From a bacterium (GTDB taxonomy: Bacteria; Zhuqueibacterota; Zhuqueibacteria; Oceanimicrobiales; Oceanimicrobiaceae), in NCBI GenBank assembly GCA_046757165.1, contig JBHHXT010000050.1:1-27968 (forward strand): DNA of 27,968 nucleotides. The letters are read 5' to 3'. The notes below the pieces were generated by a model. That model was not told the origin of the DNA. It worked only from the letters and a program-made list of their open reading frames with translations, and did no database searches. How positions within the stretch are numbered: the first letter of the stretch is position 1; each line of letters opens with the position of its first letter. A program made the translations under genes and the position numbers. Shown here piece by piece: positions 16,675-26,679 of this stretch.

Positions 16675-17910
16675 TTATTCATACCGCAAAGCGTCAATCG
16701 GGCTAAGCTTTGCCGCTTTGAGTGCTGGAATGAAGCCGGACAGAACGCCGGTCAAGATGGAGACGAGAATTGCAACCGCCATGATTGGCAGAGAAATGCT
16801 GGCCGGCATCAGAAATTTGCTCATGAGCGCGGCCACGCCAAAGGCCAGAACCAGTCCAATCAAGCCCCCAATTAAACAAATGGTCGAAGATTCAAACAAG
16901 AATTGCGCTAAGATGGCGCGCTTCTTTGCGCCGATTGCCTTGCGGATGCCGATCTCCCGCGTCCGCTCTGTGACGGAAACGAACATGATGTTCATCACGC
17001 CGATGCCGCCGACAAAAAGTGAGATGCCGGTGATCACGATGCCGATCAAAACGATCACCCCCATGACGTTGTTATACGCCCCGACGAGCTGATTCATCTG
17101 ATTGATGGCGAAATCATCCGCCTCGGCGGGTTTGAGCTTTCTGATCTTGCGCATTTCTCCCACCACTTCATATTCAAAATCAGCCAGACTGACCTGGGGC
17201 GGGACCTTGACGGCAATATGAAAATCACGATTCTTGCTGCCGAAAGAGTTCATGAAGGCGGTGATGGGAACGAAGACTTGCCGGTCGAGGTTTGGCCCGC
17301 CAAAAAATCCGACGCTGCCTTGTTTTTCCATCACCCCGATGACGCGATAATTGGTGCGGCCAATTTTCATGCGCTTGTTGACAGGAGTCACGTTTTTGAA
17401 AAGACGTTCATTTATCTCAGCGCCGATCACACAGACGCGTTTCTTGAACTGCACCTCGAAGGAGGTCAGGAATCTGCCCAGCTCCGGCACGGAAGCAGAG
17501 ACCATCATATATTTATCCGTGGTGCCGATGATCGTGATATTCTCCATCGTTTTTGAGCGATACTTGACATTCTTGTTGGTGCTCGTTGTCGGGTTGACGG
17601 CAACAGCGTTTTGCAGCCGTTGGGCCAGCTTGTCGGCTTCCTTCAATTCGATGTTCTTGCGGTTGCGAAATTGAAAGAAGCTGCCCGTGATCACCCACGG
17701 TCTTCTGGAGACGTAAAGGACGTCAGAGCCGAGGGCAGAAATACTTTCTCTAAAGGTGTTGCCTAATCCATTTGCCGCCGTCATCGTCGTTACTACTGCC
17801 AGGATGCCGATCACGATTCCCAGCGTGGTCAGGACGCCGCGGGACTTGTTGGCTCTGATCGCGGCCAGGGCGATTTTCAGAGATTCTGCTGAGTCATATA
17901 ACGCCTTCAT
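16675..17910 (-). CDS. MacB/FtsX-like ABC transporter permease
   Basis: NKSRGVLTTLGIVIG, GGIGVMNIMFVSVTERTREIGIRKAIGA, PIDALRYE. Confidence 0.93.
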   Translation of the reverse strand: MKALYDSAESLKIALAAIRANKSRGVLTTLGIVIGILAVVTTMTAANGLGNTFRESISALGSDVLYVSRRPWVITGSFFQFRNRKNIELKEADKLAQRLQNAVAVNPTTSTNKNVKYRSKTMENITIIGTTDKYMMVSASVPELGRFLTSFEVQFKKRVCVIGAEINERLFKNVTPVNKRMKIGRTNYRVIGVMEKQGSVGFFGGPNLDRQVFVPITAFMNSFGSKNRDFHIAVKVPPQVSLADFEYEVVGEMRKIRKLKPAEADDFAINQMNQLVGAYNNVMGVIVLIGIVITGISLFVGGIGVMNIMFVSVTERTREIGIRKAIGAKKRAILAQFLFESSTICLIGGLIGLVLAFGVAALMSKFLMPASISLPIMAVAILVSILTGVLSGFIPALKAAKLSPIDALRYE

Positions 17911-17922
17911 GTCACCCCGATG

Positions 17923-18657
17923 TTAGTTCGGTGCTGAATCATTCCCGGCGCGGCGGAGCCGCATCTGGCCATTTGCTTTCCCGGTCTTGACGTCTGATTC
18001 GATCCTGCCATCTTTCAATCTGATGATGCGGTGCGCATGTTCAGCAATATCTTTTTCATGCGTCACCAGAATGATGGTGTTCCCGGCCTGATGCAGTTGA
18101 TCGAATATCGCCATGATCTCCTCTCCGGTCGCGCTGTCCAAATTGCCGGTGGGCTCATCTGCAAGAATGATGGCAGGGTTGTTGACCAGTGCCCGGGCAA
18201 TGGCCACACGTTGACGCTGGCCCCCGGAAAGCTCATTCGGCTTATGCGTTTTGCGATCTTGCAGACCGACGCGCTCAATGGCTTTGTCGGTCAGTCTCGA
18301 GCGCATCGTCGGCCGGATACCGCCATAGACCAGAGGCAATTCGACGTTATGGAAAACGGTTGCGCGCGGAATGAGGTTGAACATCTGGAACACGAAGCCA
18401 ATTTTCCGGTTGCGGATTCCGGCCAGTTGATCATCATTCATTGTACTGACATCCTCGCCCTCCAGGTAATATTCACCTGAGGTCGGTGTGTCGAGACATC
18501 CCAACACATTCATCATGGTTGACTTGCCCGAGCCTGACGGCCCCATGATCGCAACATATTCATTCTCCTCTATTCTCAGGCAGACATCCTGCAACGCCCG
18601 AACTTCCTCCAAACCCATCATATAACGCTTGCTGATATTACGTATCTCTAACGCCAT
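17923..18657 (-). CDS. ABC transporter ATP-binding protein (MacB/LolD-type)
   Basis: [34 protein letters not shown] 18657. Confidence 0.95.
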   Translation of the reverse strand: MALEIRNISKRYMMGLEEVRALQDVCLRIEENEYVAIMGPSGSGKSTMMNVLGCLDTPTSGEYYLEGEDVSTMNDDQLAGIRNRKIGFVFQMFNLIPRATVFHNVELPLVYGGIRPTMRSRLTDKAIERVGLQDRKTHKPNELSGGQRQRVAIARALVNNPAIILADEPTGNLDSATGEEIMAIFDQLHQAGNTIILVTHEKDIAEHAHRIIRLKDGRIESDVKTGKANGQMRLRRAGNDSAPN

Positions 18658-18706
18658 CTCAATTCGCCTCACTATGTATTCGATTCCCGCCTTCAGGCCA
18701 GGTTCC

Positions 18707-19972
18707 TTATTTCTTTTTCTCCGGGTCGTTGTTGATGACAACCGCAGACCCATTCTGGAGATCTTTGCTTATGGCCCGGTAGCTCCCCGTCACGATTTCA
18801 TCCTGCTCCGAAAGACCGGCAACAATTTCGATATGTGTTTCGCTCTGAATGCCTGTCGTGACCTGCCTGGCCGTGACGACGCCATCTTGGAGTACAAAGA
18901 CGACTTCAACGAAGCCATCTTTGTCTGTCACATAGTCCTGTGCCGGCATTTCAGCGGCGACGGCATCGCCGTCTTTGGTGGTCCGCTCTTCAATCTGTTC
19001 CGGGGTTCTGACCGCAACACATTGAATTGGAATATGGAGCACAGGGTCCTTGATATCTGTGACGATATCGCTGCTTGCCGACATACCGGGTCGCAGCTCG
19101 CTGCCCGGGTCGAGCAAAGAGATTTTCACTTCGAATTCGGTTTTTTGGTCTGCCGTGCCGGAACCGGTAATTTTGGCGCTGTTGGCAATTTCCGTTACGA
19201 TGCCCTCGAACGCGATGTCGGGCAAGGCGTCCACTTCAATGGTTGCTGTGTCCCCGAGGGCAACTGAAACGATGTCGTTTTCATCCACATTGACCAGCGC
19301 CTCCATGCCGGAAAGGTTGGAAATGACCATGATGACATCTTCCTGGAATTGTGAGCCCAGTGCGATCTCGCCGACCTCCTTGTTGAGCTCGCTGATCGTT
19401 CCGCTCATCGGTGCGTAGATTGTGGTTTTCGAAAGGTCATCTTGCGCTTGTTTCAGGGACGCTTTTGCTTGCGCCGACTGGTCCAATGCAGACTGGTAGC
19501 GGGCCTTTTCCACCTGGTAGGCCGCACTGATTTGATCGAGATTCGCCTGAGATTCGAGACTCCTTGCAAACAATTCCCGGGTGCGCTCGAAATCCTTTTG
19601 TGCCTTCAGCATATTCTCCCTGACCAGGTCGGCGTTGGATTCATTGGAGCGCAGATTGGCTTCGGCTCTTTCAACCGCCGCCAGGAAGCGTTCGCGATCC
19701 AGTTCCAGCAGAAATTGACCTTTTTCAACCCAGTCGCCTTCTTTTACCGGCAAGCGAGTAATCTTTGCCGCAACGTCAGCACTGATTTTGACCTGAGTTT
19801 TCGGCTGTATTCTCCCGCTTGCGGCAACAGTCTGGACAATTCTGCCCAGCTCGACGTTAGCGGTTTGAACTTCGATCTCATCACTATTGCTCTTGCCCAC
19901 GTTCAACGCCAGGACAATCGCCACACCTACGATGGCCAGTGCCGAAAACAAGATGACTTTTTTTCTGGACAT
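18707..19972 (-). CDS. MacA-like periplasmic adaptor (membrane fusion protein)
   Basis: N-terminal K-rich + TM helix, [13 protein letters not shown] lipoyl motif, coiled coil, [22 protein letters not shown] before ATG 19972. Confidence 0.92.
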   Translation of the reverse strand: MSRKKVILFSALAIVGVAIVLALNVGKSNSDEIEVQTANVELGRIVQTVAASGRIQPKTQVKISADVAAKITRLPVKEGDWVEKGQFLLELDRERFLAAVERAEANLRSNESNADLVRENMLKAQKDFERTRELFARSLESQANLDQISAAYQVEKARYQSALDQSAQAKASLKQAQDDLSKTTIYAPMSGTISELNKEVGEIALGSQFQEDVIMVISNLSGMEALVNVDENDIVSVALGDTATIEVDALPDIAFEGIVTEIANSAKITGSGTADQKTEFEVKISLLDPGSELRPGMSASSDIVTDIKDPVLHIPIQCVAVRTPEQIEERTTKDGDAVAAEMPAQDYVTDKDGFVEVVFVLQDGVVTARQVTTGIQSETHIEIVAGLSEQDEIVTGSYRAISKDLQNGSAVVINNDPEKKK

Positions 19973-20192
19973 GATAATACTCCACAGTTTTGTCGCTGTG
20001 TTCTGAGGGGACGGTGCTGCCAGCCCGGGTGCAACAGCGCGGCCCTCGTTGGCTTTCAGCGCGTTTGTTTGTTCGACCAAGATTGACTTGAGCGGAGGAA
20101 GTCTGCGATGACTCCGGAAATCCAGACCGCCCACAGTGGTTTGTTTGTTAGAATTGGCCCCGGATGCGTTTGGAAGGCCAGCAGTAGGAGTA

Positions 20193-20220
20193 TTACGGGC
20201 CTGGCATTCGGTATGTTACA
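20193..20220 (-). promoter_or_regulatory. Candidate ECF-sigma promoter for the MacAB-like operon
   Basis: Minus strand TGTAAC-N17-CGTAA. Confidence 0.4.
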
Positions 20221-20397
20221 TTGTTTCTTCTACCGCGACCCTTAAGGCGGGATGCGTGTCGTGCGGGTGAGACCGAGTTTTGAACCCCACGTGCTTGCCG
20301 ATCTGCCCAGTTTTGTTAACATTGTGACACCAATAGCGACATGTCTCAAGAGCTTCAACTGCGCTGCCGATTTGTTGTCCTGAGCACTAGCGTGACC

Positions 20398-21855
20398 ATG
20401 AAAACCAGCGCAAAGAAAAGGTACGACGTCCTCATCATCGGCAGCGGACCGGGTGGGGAAGGAGCGGCCATGCAAGCCGCGAAATCCGGTCTGAAAGTCG
20501 CGGTGGTCGATGAACTCCCTGAAGTCGGGGGCAATTGTACCCACTCGGGAACTATCCCCAGCAAAGCGCTGCGGCACGCCGTGCAGCAGTTGGCGGACAC
20601 GGGCAACTACCGAAATGCCAACTACCAGGAGCTGCTGAAATCAGCCGAGTCGGTCATCAGACAGCAGGTGGCTTTGCGGTCCAGTTTCTATGAGCGCAAC
20701 GAAATTGATTTGATCGACGGCCACGCGCGTTTTATGGATGGGCACACGGTCGGTGTTCTGCGGCCTGGCAGGGAGCCGGAGTTTTACCATGCCGATGCTT
20801 TTGTCATTGCCGCGGGTTCCAGACCGAGACAGCCTGCTGACATCGATTTTTCCCATCCACGAGTTTTGGATAGCGACTCCGTTCTCCATCTGCAAGAGAA
20901 TCCTCACTCGATCACCGTTTATGGCGCCGGCATCATTGGGTGTGAATATGCTTGCATTTTTCGCGGCCTGAGGACAAGAGTCAATTTGATCAATACGCGC
21001 AGCCAATTGCTTTCCTTCCTTGACGATGAAATTATCGATGCCCTCAGCTACCATCTGCGAGAGTCGGGTGTGATCATACGACATAATGAAGAGTACGACA
21101 AGATTGTCGCGGATGACAACGGTGTGACCGTCTACCTGAAATCAAACAAACAAATATACAGCGATGTCTTGCTCTGGGCTCAGGGGCGGGTCGGCAACAC
21201 CAGGAAACTCGGTCTGGAGAATGTCGGCATCAAGACCACCAGTCGAGGCGCCATCGAGGTGAATGAACATTACCAGAGTTGCGTTGCTCACATCTACGCG
21301 GTCGGGGATGTTGTGGGGTATCCCAGTCTGGCCAGCGCGGCGTATGACCAGGGTCGGTTTGCGAGCACGCACCTGCTCTACGGCGAGTGTGACCAGAAAC
21401 TCATCGAGGACATCCCGACTGGCATTTACACCATCCCCGAAATCAGCTCCGTGGGCAAGACCGAGCGCGAGCTGACCACCAAAAAAGTTCCGTACGAAGT
21501 CGGGCATACGTTTTTCGGGAAATTGGCGCGTGCGCAAATCACCGGCCGCACCACCGGCATGCTAAAGATTCTCTTCCATCGCGAAAGCCTGAAAGTGCTC
21601 GGCATTCATTGTTTTGGCTATCAAGCCTCGGAGATCGTTCACATCGGACAGGCTATTCTGGCGCAAAAGGGCAAAGCGAATTCCCTGTCGTATTTCATGA
21701 ACACCACGTTCAACTATCCGACCATGGCGGAAGCTTACCGTGTCGCCGCCCTAAATGGCTATAATCGGATCAGCCAACAGGCGGTAACGCAGGCCAGGGC
21801 TTTCAAACAGAACAATGAAGAGGTCGAAAAGGTGGTGCTTGATGACCCCGCTTGA
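20398..21855 (+). CDS. sthA: Soluble (Si-specific) NAD(P)+ transhydrogenase
   Basis: [23 protein letters not shown] (no redox disulfide), [39 protein letters not shown]. Confidence 0.93.
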   Translation: MKTSAKKRYDVLIIGSGPGGEGAAMQAAKSGLKVAVVDELPEVGGNCTHSGTIPSKALRHAVQQLADTGNYRNANYQELLKSAESVIRQQVALRSSFYERNEIDLIDGHARFMDGHTVGVLRPGREPEFYHADAFVIAAGSRPRQPADIDFSHPRVLDSDSVLHLQENPHSITVYGAGIIGCEYACIFRGLRTRVNLINTRSQLLSFLDDEIIDALSYHLRESGVIIRHNEEYDKIVADDNGVTVYLKSNKQIYSDVLLWAQGRVGNTRKLGLENVGIKTTSRGAIEVNEHYQSCVAHIYAVGDVVGYPSLASAAYDQGRFASTHLLYGECDQKLIEDIPTGIYTIPEISSVGKTERELTTKKVPYEVGHTFFGKLARAQITGRTTGMLKILFHRESLKVLGIHCFGYQASEIVHIGQAILAQKGKANSLSYFMNTTFNYPTMAEAYRVAALNGYNRISQQAVTQARAFKQNNEEVEKVVLDDPA

Positions 21856-21981
21856 ACGTGTCCGTTTGTTCTGGACTGACCAAGCTTCTCCTTGATTGTT
21901 GTTCCCATTTTCCATAAAATCAAATCTTGCTTTCCAGCCAAATAATTAGTATCTAGTACTAAAGGATGTTAATTTGGTGCG

Positions 21982-23364
21982 ATGTCAAGCAAGTGGAATG
22001 AGCTAAATATCAAGTTCGCCAGGCTGTATAAGCAGGGCGAGTATGGCGCGGCTGAAAAGATCGTCGACGAGCTCATCAAAACGGCGGAAACAACTTTCCA
22101 GGATGAGCATCCCGAGCTTGCCACCTCACTAAACAACGTGGCGGAATTGTACAAAGCGCAGGGGAATTACCAAAAGGCTGAGCTCTTTCATAAGAAAGCG
22201 CTGGCCATTCGAGAAAAAATGCTGGATGAGAACCATCCAGATCTCGCTGCCTCGTTGAACAATATGGCCGTTCTGTGCAAGGAGCAAGGGAACTTCGAGA
22301 AAGCCGAATCTCTCCACAAACGGGCTTTGGCGATCAAGGAGAAAGTCTACGGCCAGGAGCATCCGGAAGTGGCCACCTCGCTCAACAATATGGCTGTGAT
22401 GTACAAAGCGCAGGGGAATCTTTATCATGCTGAGAAGCTGTACAACCGCTCACTTGCGATTCGCGAGAAAACCCTCGGACAGCACCATCCCGATGTGGCC
22501 ACCTCGTTGAACAATCTTGCGGTGCTGTACGAAAGCAATGGCAAGAGCGCGCAGGCAGAGTCTCTTTACAAACGGGCGCTAACCATCATCCAGAAAGAAT
22601 ACGGCCCCGACCACCCCGAGGTCGCCATCGCCAAGAACAACCTCGCAGCGTTGCTGAAATCCCAGGGCAAGCTCGAGGAGGCGGAGCCGCTTTACAAACA
22701 AGCCCTCGCTACCAAGGAGAAGATCTTTGGGGTCGAGAGTCTCCAGGTCACTGCCCTGTTGACCAGTTTGGCCGAGCTGTACAAGGCGCAAGGGAACACC
22801 TTTGCCGCGGAACCCCTGCTCAAACGAGCGCTCGCCGTCAATGAGAAAATTCTCGGACGCGAGGACCCTGAAGTCGGTACTCTGCTAAGCCACCTGGCGT
22901 CATTGTACAAAACACAGGGCAAACATAACGAGGCAGAGGCCCTCTACAAACAAGCCCTCGACATCGTCGAAAAAAGTTTCGGCCCCAGCCATCCCAATGT
23001 CGCCGTGGCGCTCAACAGCCTGGCCGTGCTCTACGACCTGCAGAGCAGATATGCTGAAGCAGAAGCGCTCTACCAGAGATCGCTCGGGATCGTCGAAAAG
23101 GCTTACGGTCCACGTCACCCGAATGTCGCCTCCATCCTGTATAACCTGGCCGGACTCTGTCGGACGCGAGGCAACTTTTCGGAGGCAGTGACCTACTACA
23201 AACGCGCTCTGGAAATTCGGGAGCAAGCGTTTGGCTCGGCGCACAACAGCGTCATCGCTATTCTGAGAATCCTCGGCCGGCTGTACAAGTCTCTTGGCCA
23301 GGAAAATGAAGGCGAAAGATATCTGGAACAGGTGCGCGCGATTCGGGCCAGGTCTCAGCGGTGA
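21982..23364 (+). CDS. Tetratricopeptide repeat protein (42-aa kinesin-light-chain-like repeats)
   Basis: About 10 repeats of HPxVAxSLNNLAxLYxxQGxxxxAExLYKRALxIxEK; no other domain seen. Confidence 0.9.
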   Translation: MSSKWNELNIKFARLYKQGEYGAAEKIVDELIKTAETTFQDEHPELATSLNNVAELYKAQGNYQKAELFHKKALAIREKMLDENHPDLAASLNNMAVLCKEQGNFEKAESLHKRALAIKEKVYGQEHPEVATSLNNMAVMYKAQGNLYHAEKLYNRSLAIREKTLGQHHPDVATSLNNLAVLYESNGKSAQAESLYKRALTIIQKEYGPDHPEVAIAKNNLAALLKSQGKLEEAEPLYKQALATKEKIFGVESLQVTALLTSLAELYKAQGNTFAAEPLLKRALAVNEKILGREDPEVGTLLSHLASLYKTQGKHNEAEALYKQALDIVEKSFGPSHPNVAVALNSLAVLYDLQSRYAEAEALYQRSLGIVEKAYGPRHPNVASILYNLAGLCRTRGNFSEAVTYYKRALEIREQAFGSAHNSVIAILRILGRLYKSLGQENEGERYLEQVRAIRARSQR

Positions 23365-23373
23365 TGTCCGTGT

Positions 23374-24219
23374 TCAGCTCAAGATGTCGAAACGGGAGGA
23401 TTGAATCAGCTCCTCGAGATGTTGCAGAAAGCCATGCGGCGCAGCATAATCCGGATGGCTGCGATACAGGGCGGCGATCCGCTCCAACTCCTCCATCTCT
23501 TGAACATGATGTTGCACGGTTTTTCTGGCCCGGACCATGACAGCGGGCCCGGTAAAAAGCAGATTGCGACGGTCTAAGCGACCTTTCTTTATAGCGGGGT
23601 CTATTCTGCGGTCACAGTGGCATTTGTTGGCAGAATTGATGATCCCGCACTTCTGCTGCATAAACGCCCGAATCTCCCCTCGTGCGCGTGAGAGCCTTTT
23701 TCGAAATGCCTCTGGCGATATGTCGAGAATTTCGCCGGCCTCTTTGCTGTTCACCTCGAAGATTTCCCCCAGAACATAGGCGATTCTGTGGTCCCCGTCC
23801 AGGCAGAGCAGCATGGCCAGAGTACAGCCAATCTTTACCTCTTCGACCAGGAGGGTTTGCTCTACAGACGTGGCAGCCACGAACGGTTCGTCAGCAAGTC
23901 CGTCATCTAGATCGCGACCAAACTGTTCGAAAGAGACAGCGCTTTCTTCCACCCGGCTCTTGTGCACCGTAAGCAGGTAGTTGCAGGCAATGCGGTACAC
24001 CCACGTGGTAAACTGGCTCTTGCCCTGGAACGTGGCCAGATGGGTGATGATTTTTACCAGAATTTCCTGGGTTGCGTCCCTGGCATCCTCCGGGTGCCAG
24101 AGCATGCGCAGCGCCAGACCGTAAATCCTGTCTTGAATCCGGCCGACCATTTCTTCAAGGGCAGCCCGGCTGCCGTGTTTGGCCTGTTCAACAAGGTGAC
24201 CCAAGGGTTCGTTCTTCAT
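23374..24219 (-). CDS. ECF RNA polymerase sigma factor with Cys-containing C-terminal extension
   Basis: Region 2 (DARDATQEILVK...FTTWVYRIACN), region 4 (EAGEILDISPEAFRKRLSRAR), extension CGIINSANKCHC. Confidence 0.88.
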   Translation of the reverse strand: MKNEPLGHLVEQAKHGSRAALEEMVGRIQDRIYGLALRMLWHPEDARDATQEILVKIITHLATFQGKSQFTTWVYRIACNYLLTVHKSRVEESAVSFEQFGRDLDDGLADEPFVAATSVEQTLLVEEVKIGCTLAMLLCLDGDHRIAYVLGEIFEVNSKEAGEILDISPEAFRKRLSRARGEIRAFMQQKCGIINSANKCHCDRRIDPAIKKGRLDRRNLLFTGPAVMVRARKTVQHHVQEMEELERIAALYRSHPDYAAPHGFLQHLEELIQSSRFDILS

Positions 24220-24241
24220 GTGACATTTTCCTTAAACACAT

Positions 24242-24365
24242 GGGGCTGTCCCCAAAGCCCAGTTTTTCTGCAACGTTACAATGTTACCGTTGTTAACTGA
24301 TTTTTTGTGAATGTAAGGGCCTGCCCCTATGTTACAATGTTACCGCTTGCTTTTTGGACAGCCCC
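24242..24365. mobile_element. MITE-like 124-bp element with 17-bp terminal inverted repeats
   Basis: GGGGCTGTCCCCAAAGC / GCTTTTTGGACAGCCCC (15/17 match); internal 15-bp direct repeat GTTACAATGTTACCG at 24275 and 24331. Confidence 0.55.
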
Positions 24366-24374
24366 GACCTCAAT

Positions 24375-24764
24375 CTAAGCGAGATCGTTTTTCAAGTTTT
24401 CCAGCTCCTTCTGCAGCGAGCGGAATCCTTTTTCGAATTCTTCGTCGCTCATGTCGGCCGCCTGAAACAGGGTAAACGAGTAGGCACTCGTCTCGTCGGG
24501 CAAAGCCACCACTCGTGAGGGAAACACCCCCATCTTGTCCTCCGACGGCCCGGCCAGGAAATCGACCACTCCTGTGTTTTCATCTGCAGCGATTTGAAGG
24601 AAAAGCTCACCATGGTCCGTCACGACCCTGGTCTTGCCGTCGATGGTCCTCAGCTCTTTGCAAAACTCGGTGGCCCACCTGGGGAGATTGTTGACGTTGG
24701 ACACATAAGAAAAGACCCTTTCTTTCGGCATGTTCAAGATGAGCGTGGCGGTTTTTGATTTCAT
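24375..24764 (-). CDS. SRPBCC/polyketide cyclase-like ligand-binding protein
   Basis: ERVFSYVSNVNNLPRWA, C-terminal helix ELENLK; 129 aa; RBS GGGAG. Confidence 0.8.
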   Translation of the reverse strand: MKSKTATLILNMPKERVFSYVSNVNNLPRWATEFCKELRTIDGKTRVVTDHGELFLQIAADENTGVVDFLAGPSEDKMGVFPSRVVALPDETSAYSFTLFQAADMSDEEFEKGFRSLQKELENLKNDLA

Positions 24765-24816
24765 CGCAGACTCCCTATGATATTATCAATGAAGTTTTGC
24801 AAAAAAGTGCAAGAAA

Positions 24817-24977
24817 ATAGAAAGCGGATGACACGGATTTAGCGGATCGGAACGGATTGGACTTAACGGAATGTGTCGAAGTCAGTGGAATGTGACTTGT
24901 GACTCATGATTCTTTTGGTTTTCATCCAAAACCCAATCCGTGTAAATCCGTTCTATCCGTTAAATCCGTGTTCCATT
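24817..24977. repeat. Inverted pair of CGGAT tandem arrays
   Basis: Left arm has 4 CGGAT units (spacing 9,9,10); right arm has 4 ATCCG units with the mirrored spacing; ~70-bp spacer. Confidence 0.7.
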
Positions 24978-25044
24978 TGTTTAGACCATTGGCGGGAGTC
25001 GATTGTGACCGGAAAGTTGCGTCGACGGCGAAAACCGGGTTTGG

Positions 25045-26628
25045 TCAGAATCCGACCGGTTGTCCGTCTTTGCGGGGGTCCGAGGCGGCGCAGTAGCCAT
25101 CTTCCAACCTGGTTATGATTTGTCCCCCGCCAAACAGACCGGCGGGGGGATTCTCCACTATCGAGTGGCCGCGGCGTTTTAGCTCCGTCACCTCAAGCGG
25201 GTCGAATCCCGGCTCGAGCGCCAGACGAAAATCCTCGGTCACGTGCCAGCGCGGGGCGTCCAGCGCAGCCTGTGGATTCTGCTGGTAGAGAAATATGCGC
25301 AGGACCACTTGAACGTGGCCCTGCGGTTGCATGTGCCCCCCCATCACGCCGAAGCTCATCAGCGGTTGTCCTGCTTTCATCACAAAGGCCGGGATGGTGG
25401 TGTGATAGGGACGTTTACCACCAGCCACCCGGTTGGGATGCCCTTCTTGCAGGGTGAAACAACTGCCGCGGTTTTGTAAGCTGATTCCGGTTCCAGGCAC
25501 AACGATGCCGGAGCCGAAACCGCAATAGTTGGACTGAATGAACGAGACCATCATGCCCTGTTCGTCGGCAGTGGTCAAATAAACCGTGCCTTTTTCCCTC
25601 GGAATGGAAGCCGCGGGAACCCTTGCTCGATCCGGGTGAATCTCCCGGGCGCGGTGCGCAAGGAACGTTTCGTCCAGCAGAGCATGCGGATGGATGGCCA
25701 TGTGAGCGGGGTCGGCGATGTGGCGATGGGCCTCGGCAAAGGCGATTTTCATCGCTTCCACCTGCAGGTGAATCGAGTCCGGGGAATCGACGGGATAATT
25801 GGCAATCTCGCAATGCTGCAACAAGCCCAGGGCGATCAGCGCTGCCAATCCCTGTCCGTTTGGTGGCAGTTCATGTACCTGCACGTCGAGATAGGGCAGG
25901 GCTATGGTTTCCACCCATTCTGAGGTGTGTTCAGCGAGGTCCTCCAGGGTCATGGCACCGCCCGTGGCTGCCGCATGGGCGGCAGTTTGCCGGGCAAGTT
26001 TGCCGCGATAGAAAGAAGCGCCGGCTGTGGCAGCGATCTCCGCCAGAGTGCGGGTGTGGTGCGGAAAACGCACCAGCTCACCAGCCCGGGGCGCACGACC
26101 TTCCGGCAGAAACGTCTCGACAAAATCAGGGGAGTCCTCAAAGAAGTGTGCCGCTTGCGACCATTGTGCGGCGATCCCCGGAGAGACGTGAAACCCTTCG
26201 TCTGCATAGTGAAGGGCGGGCTCGAACAGCTCCCGGAAGGGCAGTCTGCCAAAGCGCTCGGACAGGGTCGACCAGACATCGACCGCACCCGGCACGGTGA
26301 CCGTGTCCCAGCCCACCATGGGCATGCTCTCCTGGCCGGCAAATCGCTCCGGTGACCAGGCTCTGGGGGAGCGTCCCGAGCCGTTCAGGCCGTGCAGGGT
26401 TTGACCGTCCCACACAATAGCGAAGGCGTCACTGCCGATGCCGTTGCTGGTGGGTTCCACGACGGTGAGGGTGATGGCCGTGGCCAGCGCCGCGTCCACG
26501 GCATTGCCGCCTTTGAGCAACATTTGCACTCCCGCTTGTGCTGCAAGCGGTTGGGAGGTGGCGACCGTGTTGCGCGCAAACACTGGACTGCGCTGGGATG
26601 CGTAAGGAAAGTTCCATGAACAGTTCAT
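25045..26628 (-). CDS. Gamma-glutamyltransferase family protein (cytoplasmic YwrD/HpxW-like Ntn hydrolase)
   Basis: GGNAVDAA, VVEPTSNGIGSD, LPPNGQG, G-TVYL nucleophile Thr, SFIQSNY, KRPYHT, GGHMQPQG, SDPRKDG; no signal peptide. Confidence 0.92.
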   Translation of the reverse strand: MNCSWNFPYASQRSPVFARNTVATSQPLAAQAGVQMLLKGGNAVDAALATAITLTVVEPTSNGIGSDAFAIVWDGQTLHGLNGSGRSPRAWSPERFAGQESMPMVGWDTVTVPGAVDVWSTLSERFGRLPFRELFEPALHYADEGFHVSPGIAAQWSQAAHFFEDSPDFVETFLPEGRAPRAGELVRFPHHTRTLAEIAATAGASFYRGKLARQTAAHAAATGGAMTLEDLAEHTSEWVETIALPYLDVQVHELPPNGQGLAALIALGLLQHCEIANYPVDSPDSIHLQVEAMKIAFAEAHRHIADPAHMAIHPHALLDETFLAHRAREIHPDRARVPAASIPREKGTVYLTTADEQGMMVSFIQSNYCGFGSGIVVPGTGISLQNRGSCFTLQEGHPNRVAGGKRPYHTTIPAFVMKAGQPLMSFGVMGGHMQPQGHVQVVLRIFLYQQNPQAALDAPRWHVTEDFRLALEPGFDPLEVTELKRRGHSIVENPPAGLFGGGQIITRLEDGYCAASDPRKDGQPVGF

Positions 26629-26679
26629 TATGGGTCTGCTTTTCGAAGGGCACTCCTGCAACCGCAATGGCCCGCGGGC

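Noticed and set aside
19973..20134. 54-aa N-terminal extension of the adaptor ORF
   Set aside because: The RBS and K-rich/TM start point to ATG 19972.
19990..20160. Possible c-di-GMP riboswitch in the macA leader (CAAAC...GAAA)
   Set aside because: The required paired stems and conserved second hairpin could not be identified by eye.
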